Positions 1-13,891 of a stretch of DNA of 64,000 nucleotides are shown piece by piece. Below the pieces are notes generated by a model. It did not search any database. It was not told the DNA's origin and saw only the letters and a program-made list of their open reading frames with translations. The stretch comes from Trichoplax adhaerens (lineage: Eukaryota; Animalia; Placozoa). Every line of letters begins with the position of its first letter. Position 1 is the first letter of the stretch. The position numbers and the translations under genes are program-made. Location: assembly GCF_000150275.1 (NCBI RefSeq), contig NW_002060954.1, forward strand, positions 930,001 through 994,000, written 5' to 3'.

Positions 1-79
1 CGTGATAGCTCTAAAAATTAGATATTCATGTAATTATACTTTTCATAAAAATTTTTACATAACATGAACCAAAAAAGCG

Positions 80-3000
80 TTAAAGGAATCTCTTACGATC
101 TTCATCTCCTTCTATATCATCCTCATCATCAGAATTATCATGTAACATTCGTAGGCGATTCTTTCGACTATAATCACCCTCAGCATTTAATTCACTGTAA
201 TCATCGGACTTTTCATCAGAATCTGTTACTGTTAATACGTTAAGTATACATTTAAGAAGTTCAAAGAAATCCACATATCACCCAAGAAGATTATATTACC
301 AAGGAAATAACTAAAACGAAAATATTTTCACTTATTAACATCAGTAAAACTTACCTTCATTATTATTGCTGTTGTCATTCATTTTTTCAGAAGCTAGTTG
401 ATGGGTAATAGCTTCAAATTCAAACTCTCCTTTGAATTGAGGGTTTTCGGGCGAAATAAATCTGGGAGAATCTAGACTTGAATGGGTGGGCAATTTTTCA
501 AAATGGGGCGTCGGATCTTCTTTATCGCTATCAATACTACTTGTCTGCTTTTCGAGTATTTCGTACTCTCTTCTTCTTGCCTTCATTTTATTTCTTTGAC
601 AGTATGAATAAATGTCTGCTAATAGTCTTTGCTGCATTACTTCGTGCCCCTATCAGTATATTGCTATGGTTAGTGTCTACTGTAACATTTTTATATTATA
701 CAATGTCTATAAGCGATTCACTAGTTAACAACCGGCTCTTTCTTCGGATCTTTATCAATATCAAGTCTCGTTAGTGATTCGTTGATTTTTAGACTAAGAG
801 ATAAGGCTAATAATCCTCCAGCTCTTATATCATTTTCTCTAAGGTCCAGTCTGATTAGTCTTTTATTATCAGCGATAACTTCAGCAATAGGTACAACACC
901 TATTTAGAATAAGTTACCCATAAATTTTTATAGAATACTGGATCTCAAAAATTTGTAAATAGCTATATTATAAGAGTAGCGTTACAAATACCTTGACAAG
1001 TAATTTTTGCTGACATTAATCCCAATCGTAATAAGGATCGGTTTTTAAGCAAGCCTGTCCTGATTATATGTATACCCTCGTTTGTAATTCGATTGCAACC
1101 AAGGTTTAATGTTTCTAGATGTTTCATTTCAGGCTATTCAACAAAAAATAATTCTTACATAATTTCAATGATCAATTATTAAATATGAAGGAATTTAATA
1201 AATAAGATTGTACCAGTGATCTAGCGAGATGTTTCATTCCTAAATGAGTTATTTGATTATTCCACAATACTATAGTTGCAAGACCTCCAGTACGTGGTTG
1301 CTCAGCTAACCCCTGGCATAGATGAGCTAGACCGACATCCTTCAAAATTTTAATGATAACTTTAAATCATAATTTACACTTACTCGTAGTCGTAACAGCT
1401 TAAGCATTACTCTATTTTACGAGATTTTATTAACTTTGCCTTTACCTGAATAATATTATTTCGTAGATCAAGTAATGAAAGGGTAGAATTATATCTTAAC
1501 ATGTTCGCCAGAGGCACAGCGTCTGCTGATACTAGTTTGTTATCTCCGATAAATAGGTCTCTTAATGCTTCATTTAGTTTTAAGGCCGACGCTTGTTAGA
1601 GATAATTAAAATAAAAGAGTCTGATTTATGTCCTATTAATATGAAAATAAAACATCTAGATAAGTGTTTGACATACCTAAAAGGAACAGCGGCCGGCCGC
1701 TAACATGGGTATTTTCCATATGTAGGGTAGATAGACAAGATTTTGCCCTTATCGTTCTAGCAAGTAGTGGTATACTTTGCTCGGTCCACGTTGTATTGCG
1801 CATATCAAAGTACTCTATACTAGTCTACCATTTAAATGATCGAGAAGTATGTTTAGTGTTAATAGTTCAGTAGCAATGTATTAGTATTACGGGAAAGACT
1901 AGTAATATAGCAACCAAACTTTTTCTTACATATGAATGTAATGTTTAATTTTGTATTAAACATACCTTTTTGATCATTCTAGAAGCAGCATGCCATCCTC
2001 GTAATCTGATTTTCGGGTTATAACCACAGCTCAATCTCATTGTGCTGTGATAGTACTCAAACATTTCAAATAAAGCTATTGCACCCTATGAGAGCAATCA
2101 CAGATTGAAAAAAAATTGTAGAAAAAGTGCGATAAATATTAAGGAATAAATGTCTATCATACTTTAGAAAAATATTAAATATTATAATAGTACAGAATAA
2201 ATTTATACCCAATACCGACATTAGAGATCAAAACTAATAAATGTCACTAAAAAAAGTATCCAAGTGAACTAGTTGATTATGTGAAAGAAATTTTACGATT
2301 AGAATATGTTGAAGCCAATTGATATTCAAACTTGAATGTAAAAAGCGTTGCTCACGGTATCAAGTAAATGAACTGTAAATTAAGAAATGTTGCTCTATAG
2401 TGTATCGTTATCGTATGAAGTCATGACTCTTTCCACTATTATTAAGTGTTGGAAAAGCGTTTAAGTAGACAAAACATGGACATGTTCTATTCTAAAGAAA
2501 AGTTAAAATACAAAATACACACATGGTAAGTGCATAAAAGATTATTGCACTGTCTAGATGCGTAGCATGAGCACTGTATCATAATTTAGTAACACATGCT
2601 ATAAAGATGGATAGGTACCGAGACTGTGAATGTGAAGAGAAAGCGATTATACATTATCTGGCGATGATATGTCTCACCTCGTCGTCTAAACTGGTATTCT
2701 CAATATCGATAGTGATCCATCTCGCTCTTTTGAAAATTTCTTCTAGTGTTTCGCACGTTTTGTTGTCTGCTAATCTAGCATCTATAAAAAAATGGCATTA
2801 AAATTAGTTTAGTACTGTACGACTGCAGCAGTATGGGATAATTGTAATGATACGACAAAAATGATAAATATATCTTTGAAATTGAAAGATGTAATTTACT
2901 TTCGTCTTAATCACATACCTTTTAAATTCAGGTAAGCCTGTGGTTCATCAAAGTCAGTAATATTCTTATGAAAAAATATCGGGAAATGGTTATTATATGA

Positions 3001-6000
3001 AATGTTGATAGTTCGATTGCAAATTCATTTGTTAGGTATATCATACACATTTATAATACCTCTAGTTGCTGTATCAATTTCTCTATGGGTTTAACTCTTA
3101 ATTTAGCACAACTTTGTCGGTAAGCTGATATCATCTCGCTGGCGGTTGTAGCAGAAGCTATAAATAAAATGTAACTAGATCAGATACAAACTCGTATAAT
3201 TTTAACTAGACCTTGCTTCTTTAATTGCAACTGTCTTCCTGTATTAAGTAGACAATAAGCATAATGACAAAATAACTTTAATGCTACATATATTATATGA
3301 TACTGCACCCCATTAACCTATTATTAAAATCAAATTTAGTTTCATAATTATTTTAAGCTTCAAAGTGTAGAGAGGATATACTTATTATGAGTGCAATAGG
3401 CATAACTAAAATGTTATGTGAAACTTCACACAGCACAAATTAAATGATAAACTATTTAAGAAATCAAATCTAGTTTCAGGGGTATTTAAAGCTCCATGAT
3501 GTGGAGAAATTTTCTTTACTTTACATCAACAAGCATAAAATAGATGTTGTTTGTGACCAGAATTAACTTCAGATTGGTAAATGTCAAAAAAACTAAGTTA
3601 GATTTCAGTAAATACAGTATGATTGCGATGCTATAGTATTTAGTAAAGAATAAAATAAAAGTGTGACAACTTTATTCTATTCAGGGACTACAGTACTACC
3701 CCCAGAAACTCCTAGAAGTCCCTGACTACCCCCCCAAAAAAAACTCTAAAAATGAATTAACCGATATCTTTGATCCACGCCAGATTTACTCAGATATGTA
3801 CAGTACAGTAATAGAAACTCTTAACGGCCATTGCTAGTATAATCAGTTTTGATAAAATATTATGTTCCATATCCACCTTATTTATTGCTATGAAATCGGA
3901 AGTAAAATCTTGGATAACCTACAGGTGATTGCTGGAGGTTGATATATTTAGGTTCGATGATGATAATGTTACTCTTAATGATGATATTGTGTTCATCAGT
4001 GTATTTTTAATTTATTGTATAGCTAGGACTTATTTCAACAGCTAGTAATAAATGTAGCTTCATCTTATACTGTACTGCAGTAGCTGGTATGAACTGTTAA
4101 TAGAATATATCTATCTGGCTCTAGATAATTTACACGAACCTGATATAATGAATCATAATTAATTATTGCTAAAAGGTTGGTAACAAAAAGTGTATATTGT
4201 ATAATACTTTTTGACACTGTATGACAGCACTGGATGTAAACTTGTAGAATAACTGTTGTATGCCGTTGTACAGCACGATGGTATTTATAATAAATACATC
4301 AAAATATATCATATTATTACGAATCGATAAGATTTTATTATCCGTTACATGTTTGTTTGGATAAATACGAATTCATCTGTTGAGTTATTATTAATATGGC
4401 ACTTCAGTAGTCAGTCTATGCAGTAATCTGTTTTCCACAGTAGAGAGCAACTGCTAACTTTTACCTCTAAATGTACAGTACAATACTGGAAAGTTCACAC
4501 ATGGTCATGAAAATTTTTTTTTGACTACTAGCTACTTTAATTTCATCATTTAAAAAGTAACAAATTCACTATACTTAACTCTGGTAGAAAATGTACTAGT
4601 GTGAGTTTTTACATAGCCAGAATTTTATTTTTAGCTGAGATCAAATTATAGCAATTTTAAAAATTCGACCAGGCATTTTGCATTAACGTGCACAGTTTAG
4701 CAAGTTCACTAAAGTCAATCATTGCTGACTGCCGATTGTGCTATTGGATGTATGATCCTTGAATTTAAAATCAGTCATGATTTTATTAATATTTTTTTAA
4801 ATATATCATAGATATTGTCAGCCAATGTACTGTACTGAGCATTCACAGTGATTACATGTAATACACTCAATTGTAGTCATGATAAATTATTAATTAATTA
4901 ACATCTGCGGTTTTATACTTTTATTAATCTTACAGTATGGTACCGTAAAATGTACGGGGTGAGATATACTCGAAAAAGCTGTGGGAAATCATACAAGTAC
5001 AGTATATGATTTACTGAGAACGTGGGCTTCTAAACATTCAAATACCTTGAATAAGTTCTAGGATAATTATGACATGGTTTACATTCGATATGCTTTAATA
5101 AAAGAGGACGTATCTAACTTGCAGTGTTGAGCGAGTGTTGATCAGTTTTTTTTAAGACAAATTATAATACTGTGGTTTGACCACTACTAAGATTAGCTTA
5201 ATAAAAGGTGGCTAAATCTTACTACACATTCTGGATTAACGATTTTTTTTAATCTACTATATACCTAGAGTTGGAAAGTGTATTATAAATTACTGACATA
5301 CGAATTCGTTACAGCATTTTTGGTGGTAGTATAGTTATATTTTATCACTTATTAGAAAGCACTCTTTAGTTTATGTTTTTGTTAGTTGTGAAAGATGTCT
5401 TGAACTTGAAAGAGCGTTCCGATTGTTTTCGATTCAAAGTACTGTAAAGGCTAATGATAGTGCCATTTAAAGTATACAGTCCATTCAGTACATGATAAAA
5501 CTAACTAATAACAAAGTTACCAACTGTACTCTCTATATTGTGTACAATTCTAAAGACTTTTACCGAATTCGTATGAAGTAAATAAATCAGTGCATGTTAA
5601 CTCGGTTAAATCAAGGACAATTTGAATTAGAGAGCTGTTCAACTGGTAACAGAATGGGGTTCTACTGGAAGTAAAAGCAATCGAGAATGATAGAGCAGCA
5701 ATAAAGCGTATGTTCCATTAATTTCAACTTGTACGTATCAGAAATAAAAGAAACTGGAGTGAAAACAGATACTGTACATCCATGGTTTTATCATATCGAA
5801 GAAGCCATATGAATACTATTTGAATAAAAAGGCACTTGATACGTATGGTATACTATATAGTATCGGTGTAATGTGGCAAAGTTTGTTTTAGAGATTGGTT
5901 AGCAATAAATAAAGATGATGATGATGAGATGAAGATTAATACTAGTCGATGATGCTTACTTTTATTTTTGAATTGAACTATTCTACTAGTTTAATATCAA

Positions 6001-6396
6001 GTTCTATTGTACTCCTTTCGATTTACCTGCAATCAAAGGATCCTTCACTTCAGCAACACCAGAAACTAAATTTTCATCGGAAAATTTGACAATCTTCTTG
6101 CCGCTTCCACTTGATAACGATTCATCGTCATTGTTATATTGTTGTGGATGTGAATGATGAGAGTTATCTTGAATAGTAGGAGCATTAGCGTCCTGTTGAT
6201 CATCAGCAAGATCTGTAGTGCTCTCTTTAGGTTGAAGATCTTCACTGACATTAGCCTCTATCTTTTCTTCCACCAAGGAGGCATGTTGTCCTTTGACATC
6301 GTTAATACTGATATCGACACTACCCTCTTCTTGTAGCTCTGCTGATTTATCGCTTAGCACATGTGTATCAATTGCCAACTGATCGTCGTTACTCAT
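80..6396 (-). CDS. PPP1R37: Protein phosphatase 1 regulatory subunit 37 (LRR protein); multi-exon, 3' end probably runs to or past the left edge
   Basis: Approximate exons 6027-6396, 3060-3157, 2919-2967, 2679-2780, 1966-2086, 1676-1823, 1447-1592, 1214-1339, 992-1133, 733-899, 355-649, <=274. Peptides KIVKFSDENLVSGVAEVKDPL (RVxF-like PP1 motif), TCETLEEIFKRARWITIDIENTSLDDE and LIRLDLRENDIRAGGLLALSLSLKINESLTRLDIDK match the PPP1R37/LRRC68 family as I recall it. Confidence 0.85.
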
Positions 6397-6609
6397 TCTT
6401 GGTAAATAGTATATCTAAACCACGACGGAAAGGTAGCTCAAGTTGATACACAAATCAGGCTACCTTGTCTAACTAAAGGGGAAATTTTGAAGCAATAGAA
6501 GATACAAATTAACGATTCGCTAGATATCTAATTTATTTTCGATCTTATAGTAATTATCATCAATGTTTATTATGATGAATTGATCAATATGATCGTGATT
6601 GAGACAGAC

Positions 6610-7060
6610 CAGTACAGTACGGTGGCAAAATGGAAAGTACTGTACACTGTAGACTGTACTCTATCACTCGGGCTCTCTGTGTACTGTACAAGTGTATAGG
6701 ACAGTACAGTACGTCCACTACAGTACAGTGCTGTGTCAACAGCTTGAGCAATACGACTAACACGAAGTGAGCTAAAAATTGAAGATGGCCAAGGATGATT
6801 CTATGCAGTACTGTAATTATTATGGCGGCAGATAGAGGAGTTATTTATTGCACAGTACAGCAATAAGGTCGTGAAATATAGCCATCTAAATCTTCTTCGA
6901 TACTTCAGCTGTGAGCTATGGTAAAAAACTATGTGAAAATAGATACCATATGAAATGGTAGACTGTCATCTGCAGTGAACAACTACAGTACTGCACAGTT
7001 GCTACCGGTGTACAAGTGCAGTAGTACTAGTACACTACTAGAGTACTGGTACAGTACAGT
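6610..7060. promoter_or_regulatory. TACAG/CTGTA pentamer cluster in the PPP1R37/COX7A2L divergent gap
   Basis: Repeated cagtacagtac, gtactgtac and tacagtactg motifs between the two divergent ATGs (6396 and 7914). Confidence 0.55.
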
Positions 7061-7742
7061 ATGTCATTTTTCACAGCCACAGGCTCCCAACTGGTGATAC
7101 CGACCGTGTCACACACACACACTTACCACTGACTTTACCAGTCATATGGTTACTATCAACTTGATGGTCTCCAGGAAAGTCCGTCTGCACGTCTGTACCG
7201 CACCCTGCCGAGTCACTTGTACTAGTACACTACTAGTACTGCACAGTATGTCATTTTTCACAGCCACAGGCTCCCAACTGGTGATACCGACCGTGTCACA
7301 CACACACACTTACCACTGACTTTACCAGTCATATGGTTACTATCAACTTGATCGTCTCCAGGAAAGTCCGTCTATACGTCTGTATCGAATCCTGCCGAGT
7401 CACTTGTACTGCACAGTATGTCATTTTTCACAGCCACAGGCTCACAGCTAGTGATACCGACCGTGTCACACACACACTTACCACTGACTTTACCAGTCAT
7501 ATGGTTACTATCAACTTGATCGTCTCCAGGAAAATCCGTCTATACGTCTGTATCGAATCCTGCCGAGTCACTTGTACTGCACAGTATGTCATTTTTCACA
7601 GCCACAGGCAAAGTCACAGCTAGTGATACCGACCGTGTCACACACACACACTTACCACTGACTTTACCAGTCATATGGTTATTATCAACTTGATCGTCTC
7701 CAGGAAAGTCCGTCTATACGTCTGTACCGCATCCTGCCGAGT
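7057..7742. repeat. Tandem repeat, 4 copies of a ~168-187 bp unit with an internal (CA)n tract
   Basis: Units begin cagtatgtcatttttcacagccacagg at about 7057, 7244, 7414 and 7582 and are nearly identical. Confidence 0.95.
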
Positions 7743-7913
7743 AGTGTACAAGTGTACACTGTACAGTACGGTATTTACCGTTCGTTGCTTCTTCCTCCGC
7801 AGCTGTGCCCTGCCAGCTCTTCTAAATCTACAGAGATTAACTACTAGACTGTTGTTTAGTTTGGCTTAATTTGAACTGGAATTATTTTAAGGGATTGAAT
7901 TCATCATCCAATC

Positions 7914-9444
7914 ATGTTTTACAAGTATAACTCTTTTTCTCATCGGTTACAGCCTACTGAACCTCTTCAAGCTTACAAACCTGAAGTATGTAAGATATTG
8001 ATCAATTAATTAGAATATTATACTACAGTACTGCACATAGGGGCGGAAAGCTTGGACACATTCTACTGTACGTACATGACTGTGGACTATATGTAGGCCC
8101 TTGTCCACTTCCCAAAATGGCGTGCTTGGATAGATTTACGCCAGCAGACTTGAATAAAGGCAAATTTTAATTTATATTCCAAATCAATTCAGCCTTTATT
8201 CACTTATGTAACTGTAGTCGTTTGAATAAAATAGGTTATTGTACCGTTTTGATTGTACTGTACAGTACTGTAATTTTTAAGCGATTAGGAGAGCTTCGCT
8301 AATAGCGTTGACCGATAGTTCAACTGTTTCAGTAGCTACTGTAACTGTATTTTATGATTTACCAAGCGATCTAATCCACAAAACAGAATCTTTTTGATAG
8401 TGTTACTAATGCAATTGCTTATTTAAGTATTGAAGTTATATCAATTTTCACTATAATTCTCATATACGCATATGAAAAGTTATTGTATTATTCTATTATA
8501 CCTAATACATACATATGGCAAAATTGGGGATCGCAATATCTTCCTATACTTATGAATTCTTCTTATTTTTGAAAGGGTTTATCCAATGTCTTGCGTAAAG
8601 CACCAGAGATTCAATTTTCAGGAGCAGGCAAAGGCTATAACTTTATTACTTCCATGGTCTATAGGCCGAATATGACGCCATTATTTCAAAGAATAATGCA
8701 GGCAAGCTTTCTCCAACTTTTATAAGTAACTTCGCAATCATCTATTGTATGAACAACTTACTATGCAAAAAATGTTTGATACCCCAATTGTCCACTGTGC
8801 GATCGATTTTACGTAATTAGTGATAATAGGTTAGCTATGCTCTAAGTTTGGGCTATTAACATGCACGAATAAATGTTTTAACCTAGCAAATTTACTAAAT
8901 TTATTTATACGCGTATCATCACACCAGTCGGTAGTTTGCTGTGGAAGAGGACGAATTAAAAATTACGACTATTATAACTTTAATGAGTAAAAGTAACTGC
9001 TCCAAAGTAATATAATATCAAAATTTCATGAAAAAATATTTCATATAGTATGTGCACTTTATCCAGCTTAATGTTAAGCCTTAACTTTAAGCAGCGATAC
9101 TGCATTCTTAAACGTTTGTTTACCGTCATTACCGATTAATATCAAATATTTCACATTCACTATACAGTATGCAGTTATAATCGGCTAGATTACTCTACAA
9201 CGAACCCTCGAGATAGATTTCTTTACATCAGAAATAAGGTTACAAAGTTGGCAAGTTCTCTTTACTCTCTTCCTTAAATATTTCGCAGGCCAATAATAAT
9301 CAGATGGTCTATCTAATGCGTGGAACCAGAGATAAAGTGATATATCGCGGATCATTGGCCTTTGCTTTCCTCGCTTTTGGTCTTGGTCTAATAAATATTG
9401 GATTGGTAGCAATAAACAAAAAGAAACGTGTGCAAAGATCTTAA
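7914..9444 (+). CDS. COX7A2L: Cytochrome c oxidase subunit 7A2-like (COX7RP/SCAF1-like), 3 exons, 117 aa
   Basis: Exons 7914-7985, 8576-8701, 9289-9444 splice in frame to MFYKYNSFSHRLQPTEPLQAYKPE|GLSNVLRKAPEIQFSGAGKGYNFITSMVYRPNMTPLFQRIMQ|ANNNQMVYLMRGTRDKVIYRGSLAFAFLAFGLGLINIGLVAINKKKRVQRS*. This parallels mammalian MYYKF...AYSPQ|GL...QKFFQ|KADGVPVYLKRG. Confidence 0.85.
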
Positions 9445-11033
9445 GCCTTAATGGTGGCGTATAATGTATTTCTGTAATAAAAACATGATAGATCTTGCCT
9501 AGTCTTTGACTATGACTCATTTCAAAAATTTTTAGTTTTTACGTACATATATATGTTTGATATGATCCCACAGTATTATCGTGCCAATATTGTAATGCCA
9601 ATTTCTTGTACTTTCCGCTGCGTAATTCTATTATACTGTACAAGCAACACATCTGCCGTGAAAACATACCGCTGAAAAGCTCCTTCTCAAGTATCGCTGC
9701 CAACGTATCTGGAAAAGATTGCAGCTAAATGTTGATTTATTATGAGCTAGAAAATAATAAATTACAAATTCATACTATGATCATGAAAATGTAGAGGGTC
9801 GATATGCGTAATTCGATATATCTGATAAATTTTAATTTGTAATAACGTTAAATATGGATTATGTTGTATTTAAAAGAAACATTGCGGTACTGCATTTCAA
9901 AAGTTAGATTAAATGAATCGGTGCTGTATAGGAATTAATTTCTCAGTACAGTAGAATACAGCATAACTGCTATTCTGTAAATTTTTGGGGCAAAGTTTCT
10001 AAAGAATGTCGTATTTTGTAGCAGAATATGAAAGAGCTAGTACCGATACTGGTAATAATATACATCTAGTATTGGAACATGCTGTAGTTTAAAAGATTTA
10101 TACGGTGTATTTATACTAGTGCTGAGGCAGAGTTACGAAAAATTTATTATACTTACGGTCTGTGTGCTGCATAAAATACCGTAAGTTATGCATAATTTCT
10201 GTAAAAAGTATTGTTTACACAGTTTTAAAACAATATCAAGTTTGGTACTACCATCATTAACTCAAACTTTTTATTACCTACAGTATTTTGAATTAAAAAT
10301 TTCATTAAATGATAGCTCCTTAAGGAATATAATTAACTCCTATGCCTTGGACTAAAGTAATAGCGCAATAGTTGCCGTACAACACGTAGGAAGCAACCAT
10401 CTTTACTCCTTAGCGCGGAGTATTCGATAGTTGTACATAGCATGCGAAACCATTTTGATATGTGGCCAGTTAATAAAGATATTGGCATTGCCTTTGAAAT
10501 ATAGCAACGATTCAAATTCATTTATATTGCCATAGAATTTTATTAAAAATAGAATGATATAAATAACTATATATGCGTATACTGTACATTCTTAGAAATT
10601 TTGAAAAACCTATTTGCAACACGTATTGTAAATAATTGTCAGTCGTTGCAATATATTGAGAAGCGTGTTCACTTATTAGGCAGGGTGATGTTGTTTTAAT
10701 TTGCCTATCTACAATAATTAGTTGTATATTTAAGTTAATAAATAAATACAATTTCTTATAAAGACCAGAAAGTACAGCAAAGAGAAAAGTGTTAGGCGTA
10801 ATAAGATAGCTTTCTGACTATGTTGTTAAACTTAAGGCATTACCTTAATAAGCGTACATACATAACTTGATATAATCATGATCTTAAAATGTATCTTTCC
10901 CTTTACGTTAGAAAAGTTACAAAATAGAATTAAATGAGAGTGTTACAGGGATCAGTACCATGGCCGTGTGCAGGTAACATTAACGCAAACAAATAAAAAA
11001 CAAAATCGAAATAATCGATATCATGAATACTAG

Positions 11034-13511
11034 CTATAATGGAAAATAAGAGGTTATCAGAGATCTGCACATTGGACATGTTTGAACTTGCAGTAAACAT
11101 CTCTGGCACAAACAGCTATGCCGACATGGCAATAAGACGCTTGTAATTGCCTGTGTTTGACAGACTACACATACATTATTTAATTCTTCATTTTCAATGG
11201 TATTATCAGTTGAAATAAGGTCAGATTCGGTTTGCAAAGATTCATTTTCTTGATCTACAGCAAAAATTTTCTATAAACATAACAAGGACATAAGATTTTA
11301 TCTTTAAAATTTCATAAATCTATTTGGAAGTATCTTTTGACGTTAAGCTTTTAAATGGCAGTATTAAGTACAGGTAATGTTAGAAGTAATTAAGGTTTCA
11401 ATATCAAATCTACTATACTAAAGTACAGTAGTTTTCCATCCAAAATCAAACTTTATAAAAGTATTTTAGCTAAACCTGAAGTTGATATATGTGGCCATCA
11501 ATTGTTAATACTGATTTTTGTAGAATTTCACAATTTTGCTTAAAGAACTCGTCAGGTAGATGAATTACCATAATGAGCGCGATCTGCAAATAGAAGATGA
11601 GGATCAAATGTTATTAACATAGGCTGTCTTCAAAAGTGAGTAACTGACGATGCAGAATCTACAGCAACGGTATGGCAACGAAGTATGCAGTACTAGAGTT
11701 TAGCAATTCTAGTGCACAGTTATAAAGAAATTTAATGGTAGCACTATAAGCAGTAAAAATAAATTATAATGCTAAAGTTTTAAAAACTTTGGTGATTCTA
11801 TAAATGATGCAACTATATAGCACTAATAGTGCAAGAGATCTCTAATACAAGATGCAAGGCTATTGTCTGTATTTTCAGTCTGCACTACAGCCTTTATCCT
11901 TTAGTGTAGTTTACCGTATTGTTAAGCAGAAATTAGTAGTTATTATGAACAATTAACCGTGGAGGGATAATTTGGAGTACCAACTCATCCTTGCAGCTAG
12001 AAATCAGAGGGACTAGTAGTTAGATTACTTAGATATAGCCAGATTATGTCCGAAGGGTTTCCGCATTCAAGAAGTAGTCAGTAATTCGTTAATGAGTAGC
12101 AAAAATTTATTCTTCTGTAATACTAAAATTGGGTGTAACTGAGATTGCATCCAGCCCTTGAATTGATAGAATTGATTCAAGTTTGTGACAGATAATTTTA
12201 AGATACTGTAAGGAATGTCTGTCTAATGCAAACTTTTGTTTAGGATAATCTTACGAATAAAATCTTATACATGACATTTTAGAGGTATTTAGGTAAGACA
12301 TGGATGTTGACGTAGTATTCTGAATAAACTTACAACATATTTATCTTCTAAAACATCGACCCTCTCTTCTTCTATGATAATTACTAACGGATACGAACTT
12401 CTCGGTAAAGAACCCAGAGATATCCGTTGATTATGTAATAATTTACAATTTACAATGTTCGGCTTGCATTCTTCGATTCTGAAATATAGCCATAAAACAA
12501 GGTAATATAATTAATATTTCAATTTATACAGTAGCATACTACACTGTATTTCTCTAAACTTGTATTGTTGGTTTAGAATATTCTCTAATTACAAGCTCTC
12601 GTAGAATGGAATATAATGAAAACTTTATTATCGACAACCTAGAGCAAAGATTTAGTACTTATACGTCGTAAACTTCGTAATACAGTAATTATAATTATTA
12701 GGTATTCAACAGCTAAACAAACGCGTGCAATGCAAGTACTGTCATCTTTAGAAAGTCGAGCTATTATAAATAATCTCAAGACATTATAAGCACATAGTTG
12801 AGTAATTGTAATTATTAATACTTGAATTGCTAACAGTTGTTAGTTGTTATAATGATAGCTAGTTAACTACCTACAGATAAGTATTTCATTAAGATCTTTG
12901 TAATTTTAATCTTAAGTGATCCATAAACAAACCGTGAAAAATGAACAGTAAAGATATAGTTATCTACGTATGTAAGTTGCACGGAACTGAGTCGATTCAC
13001 CTTATGGAATGGCTATTAACTTCAGAAATACTAGCAAAGGCATCACTCAGCAACCGTCTCTTCCATCCTGTCTTACGAATACGCTCTTGAATATCACTGA
13101 TTATACGATACGTTTGATCGATTTTGACTCCCCAAAAGCTGTTGAACAAACCGACAGTTTTACTCCTTACTTCCAGTTCAATTCCATCTATCCATAGAAC
13201 ATTTGATGTAAAGTAAATTAGCATTTAAAGCAATCCTTACTAACTTACCGTAGCTATATATTACTTATGTCTGTTGCATAAAAATACTTACTCTCCGTAG
13301 ATGCCGCTTGTTGATTTAAAATCGAGACAGAAAATGGATTCGAAACTCGACTAACTTGGATAGGTCTAGCCAACAACTTGTAGGGATTATTATTTTGGTT
13401 GGTTACTGTAAATCCTCCCACTAGCCGAGTCAAGTAGCACGATATAACAATACAACACATAAATATTACTGCAATAGTATAATCTAAACCTTCATTCACT
13501 TCATTATTCAT
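11034..13511 (-). CDS. CGRRF1: Cell growth regulator with RING finger domain 1 (N-terminal TM, C-terminal C3HC4 RING E3 ligase)
   Basis: Exons 13292-13511, 13001-13187, 12334-12478, 11476-11583, 11034-11270. Hydrophobic N-terminus, FWGV motif and C-terminal CVVCQTQAITSVLLPCRHSCLCQRCLLQVQTCPMCRS. Confidence 0.8.
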
Positions 13512-13891
13512 ATTGGTAATGCCTGAAACTCCATTAGATCTCTTCCATAACCTAGCTATCCAAGGGATGAACAGTATTTATAGCAACTTAACTACGAGGA
13601 ATCAGTTTGAGCGATATGGTGCATAATGCAGCTTTCAGTACTGTACCTCTTACTAGAGTACTAACAACTGATGAAATCATCACAGTACGGTACGGTACCC
13701 TAGTGATTGTTATTACTGTAGTAGAAGCTCGACAGTATCCTACTTTTGCATTCATTGCATGCCTGGAGCTCACCGGACACCAAATATAAGTTGTAATATA
13801 CTATTAATTACTAAATGATTAGAAGTTAAGACTACGAATACAAGGCGACTAGCTCATCAAGATTAAAGTTAGTCATTTTCTATCTGGTTAA
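13512..13891. promoter_or_regulatory. Compact 380-bp bidirectional promoter, CGRRF1/FANCL
   Basis: Divergent ATGs at 13511 and 13892, with cagtactgtac and cagtacggtacggtac motifs at about 13636-13700. Confidence 0.6.

Noticed and set aside
3681-3726. 9-bp inverted repeat (tcagggact/agtccctga) in PPP1R37 intron 1
   Set aside because: Too short to call a mobile element, with no clear target-site duplication or transposase in the window.
7057-7742. Tandem repeat as a CRISPR array, spliced-leader RNA cluster or coding ORFs (7333-7623, 7675-7869)
   Set aside because: There are no unique spacers or cas genes in this eukaryotic context, no Sm site downstream of the donor on the same strand, and the ORFs arise from the repeat itself.
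9185-9520. 111-aa minus-strand ORF
   Set aside because: Antisense shadow of COX7A2L exon 3.
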